A stretch of DNA of 64,000 nt from an uncultured bacterium (GTDB lineage: Bacteria; Muiribacteriota; Ozemobacteria; Ozemobacterales; Ozemobacteraceae), in the NCBI GenBank assembly GCA_937949615.1, contig CALEDQ010000008.1:700618-764617 (forward strand), read 5' to 3'. Positions 63,984 through 64,000 of this stretch are shown piece after piece. Under the pieces are notes generated by a model. That model saw only the letters and a list, made by a program, of their open reading frames with translations, was not told the DNA's origin and did not search any database. The number at the start of each line of letters is the position of its first letter. Within the stretch, counting starts at the first letter, position 1. The position numbers and the translations under genes are program-made.

Positions 63984-64000
63984 TCATTAATATCTACCGA

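Noticed and set aside
1-64000. Mobile element, prophage or classical anti-phage defence island
   Set aside because: No integrase, transposase, recombinase, phage structural, restriction-modification, nuclease-ATPase or toxin-antitoxin-like genes are recognisable. Composition looks uniform apart from short AT-rich promoter gaps.

Overview
This is 64 kb of densely coding bacterial chromosome with roughly balanced base composition by eye. I call about 47 protein genes. I found no rRNA, tRNA, transposase, integrase or CRISPR array.

Gene layout:
- 1-3.3 kb: the tail of a flagellar-type neighbourhood (an SLT-domain protein and a MotE/FlbB-like protein), then nadE.
- 3.5-10.2 kb, minus strand: three tandem paralogous lipoproteins (carboxypeptidase-regulatory-like domain, FN3, right-handed beta-helix) plus a small secreted protein.
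- 10.3-13 kb: aminotransferase, dut, dapB.
- 13-19 kb, minus strand: a PMCA-type Ca-ATPase and a canonical HAMP/class III cyclase receptor.
- 19-26 kb: a creatininase-family gene, a non-coding gap that looks like a sigma54-driven small RNA, a DEAD-box helicase, htpG, a CBM20-esterase and a rhodanese.
- 26.4-37.3 kb, plus strand: a five-gene envelope operon. It holds an active and a pseudo transglutaminase-like pair, a Wzy_C/O-antigen-ligase-like TPR fusion, a 1241-aa TPR protein and an outer-membrane barrel candidate.
- 37.3-57.8 kb, minus strand: an unbroken block running rpmH-rnpA-yidD-yidC-jag-mnmE-mnmG-(HEAT/proline-rich gene)-mnmG-rsmG-rpmF-plsX-fabK-fabD-fabG-acpP-(NMO-like)-fabF-spoVS-TPR.
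- 57.9-64 kb, minus strand: two overlapping cyclase-receptor genes.

Most interesting observations:
- The last two cyclase genes have reciprocally degenerate catalytic residues. One keeps only the two metal Asp residues. The other keeps only the Lys/Asn/Arg set. This predicts an obligate heterodimer with one active site, like mammalian C1/C2.
- An orphan transcription unit has a near-consensus sigma54 promoter, upstream direct repeats and a strong intrinsic terminator around about 195 nt of non-coding sequence.
- mnmG is duplicated around a translationally coupled HEAT/proline-rich protein.
- The envelope operon pairs an active transglutaminase-like gene with a pseudoenzyme paralog.

Limits: all calls come from reading the supplied ORF translations and the DNA by eye. 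Family names rest on remembered motifs. Coordinates of small elements were hand-counted. No database search or RNA folding was run.
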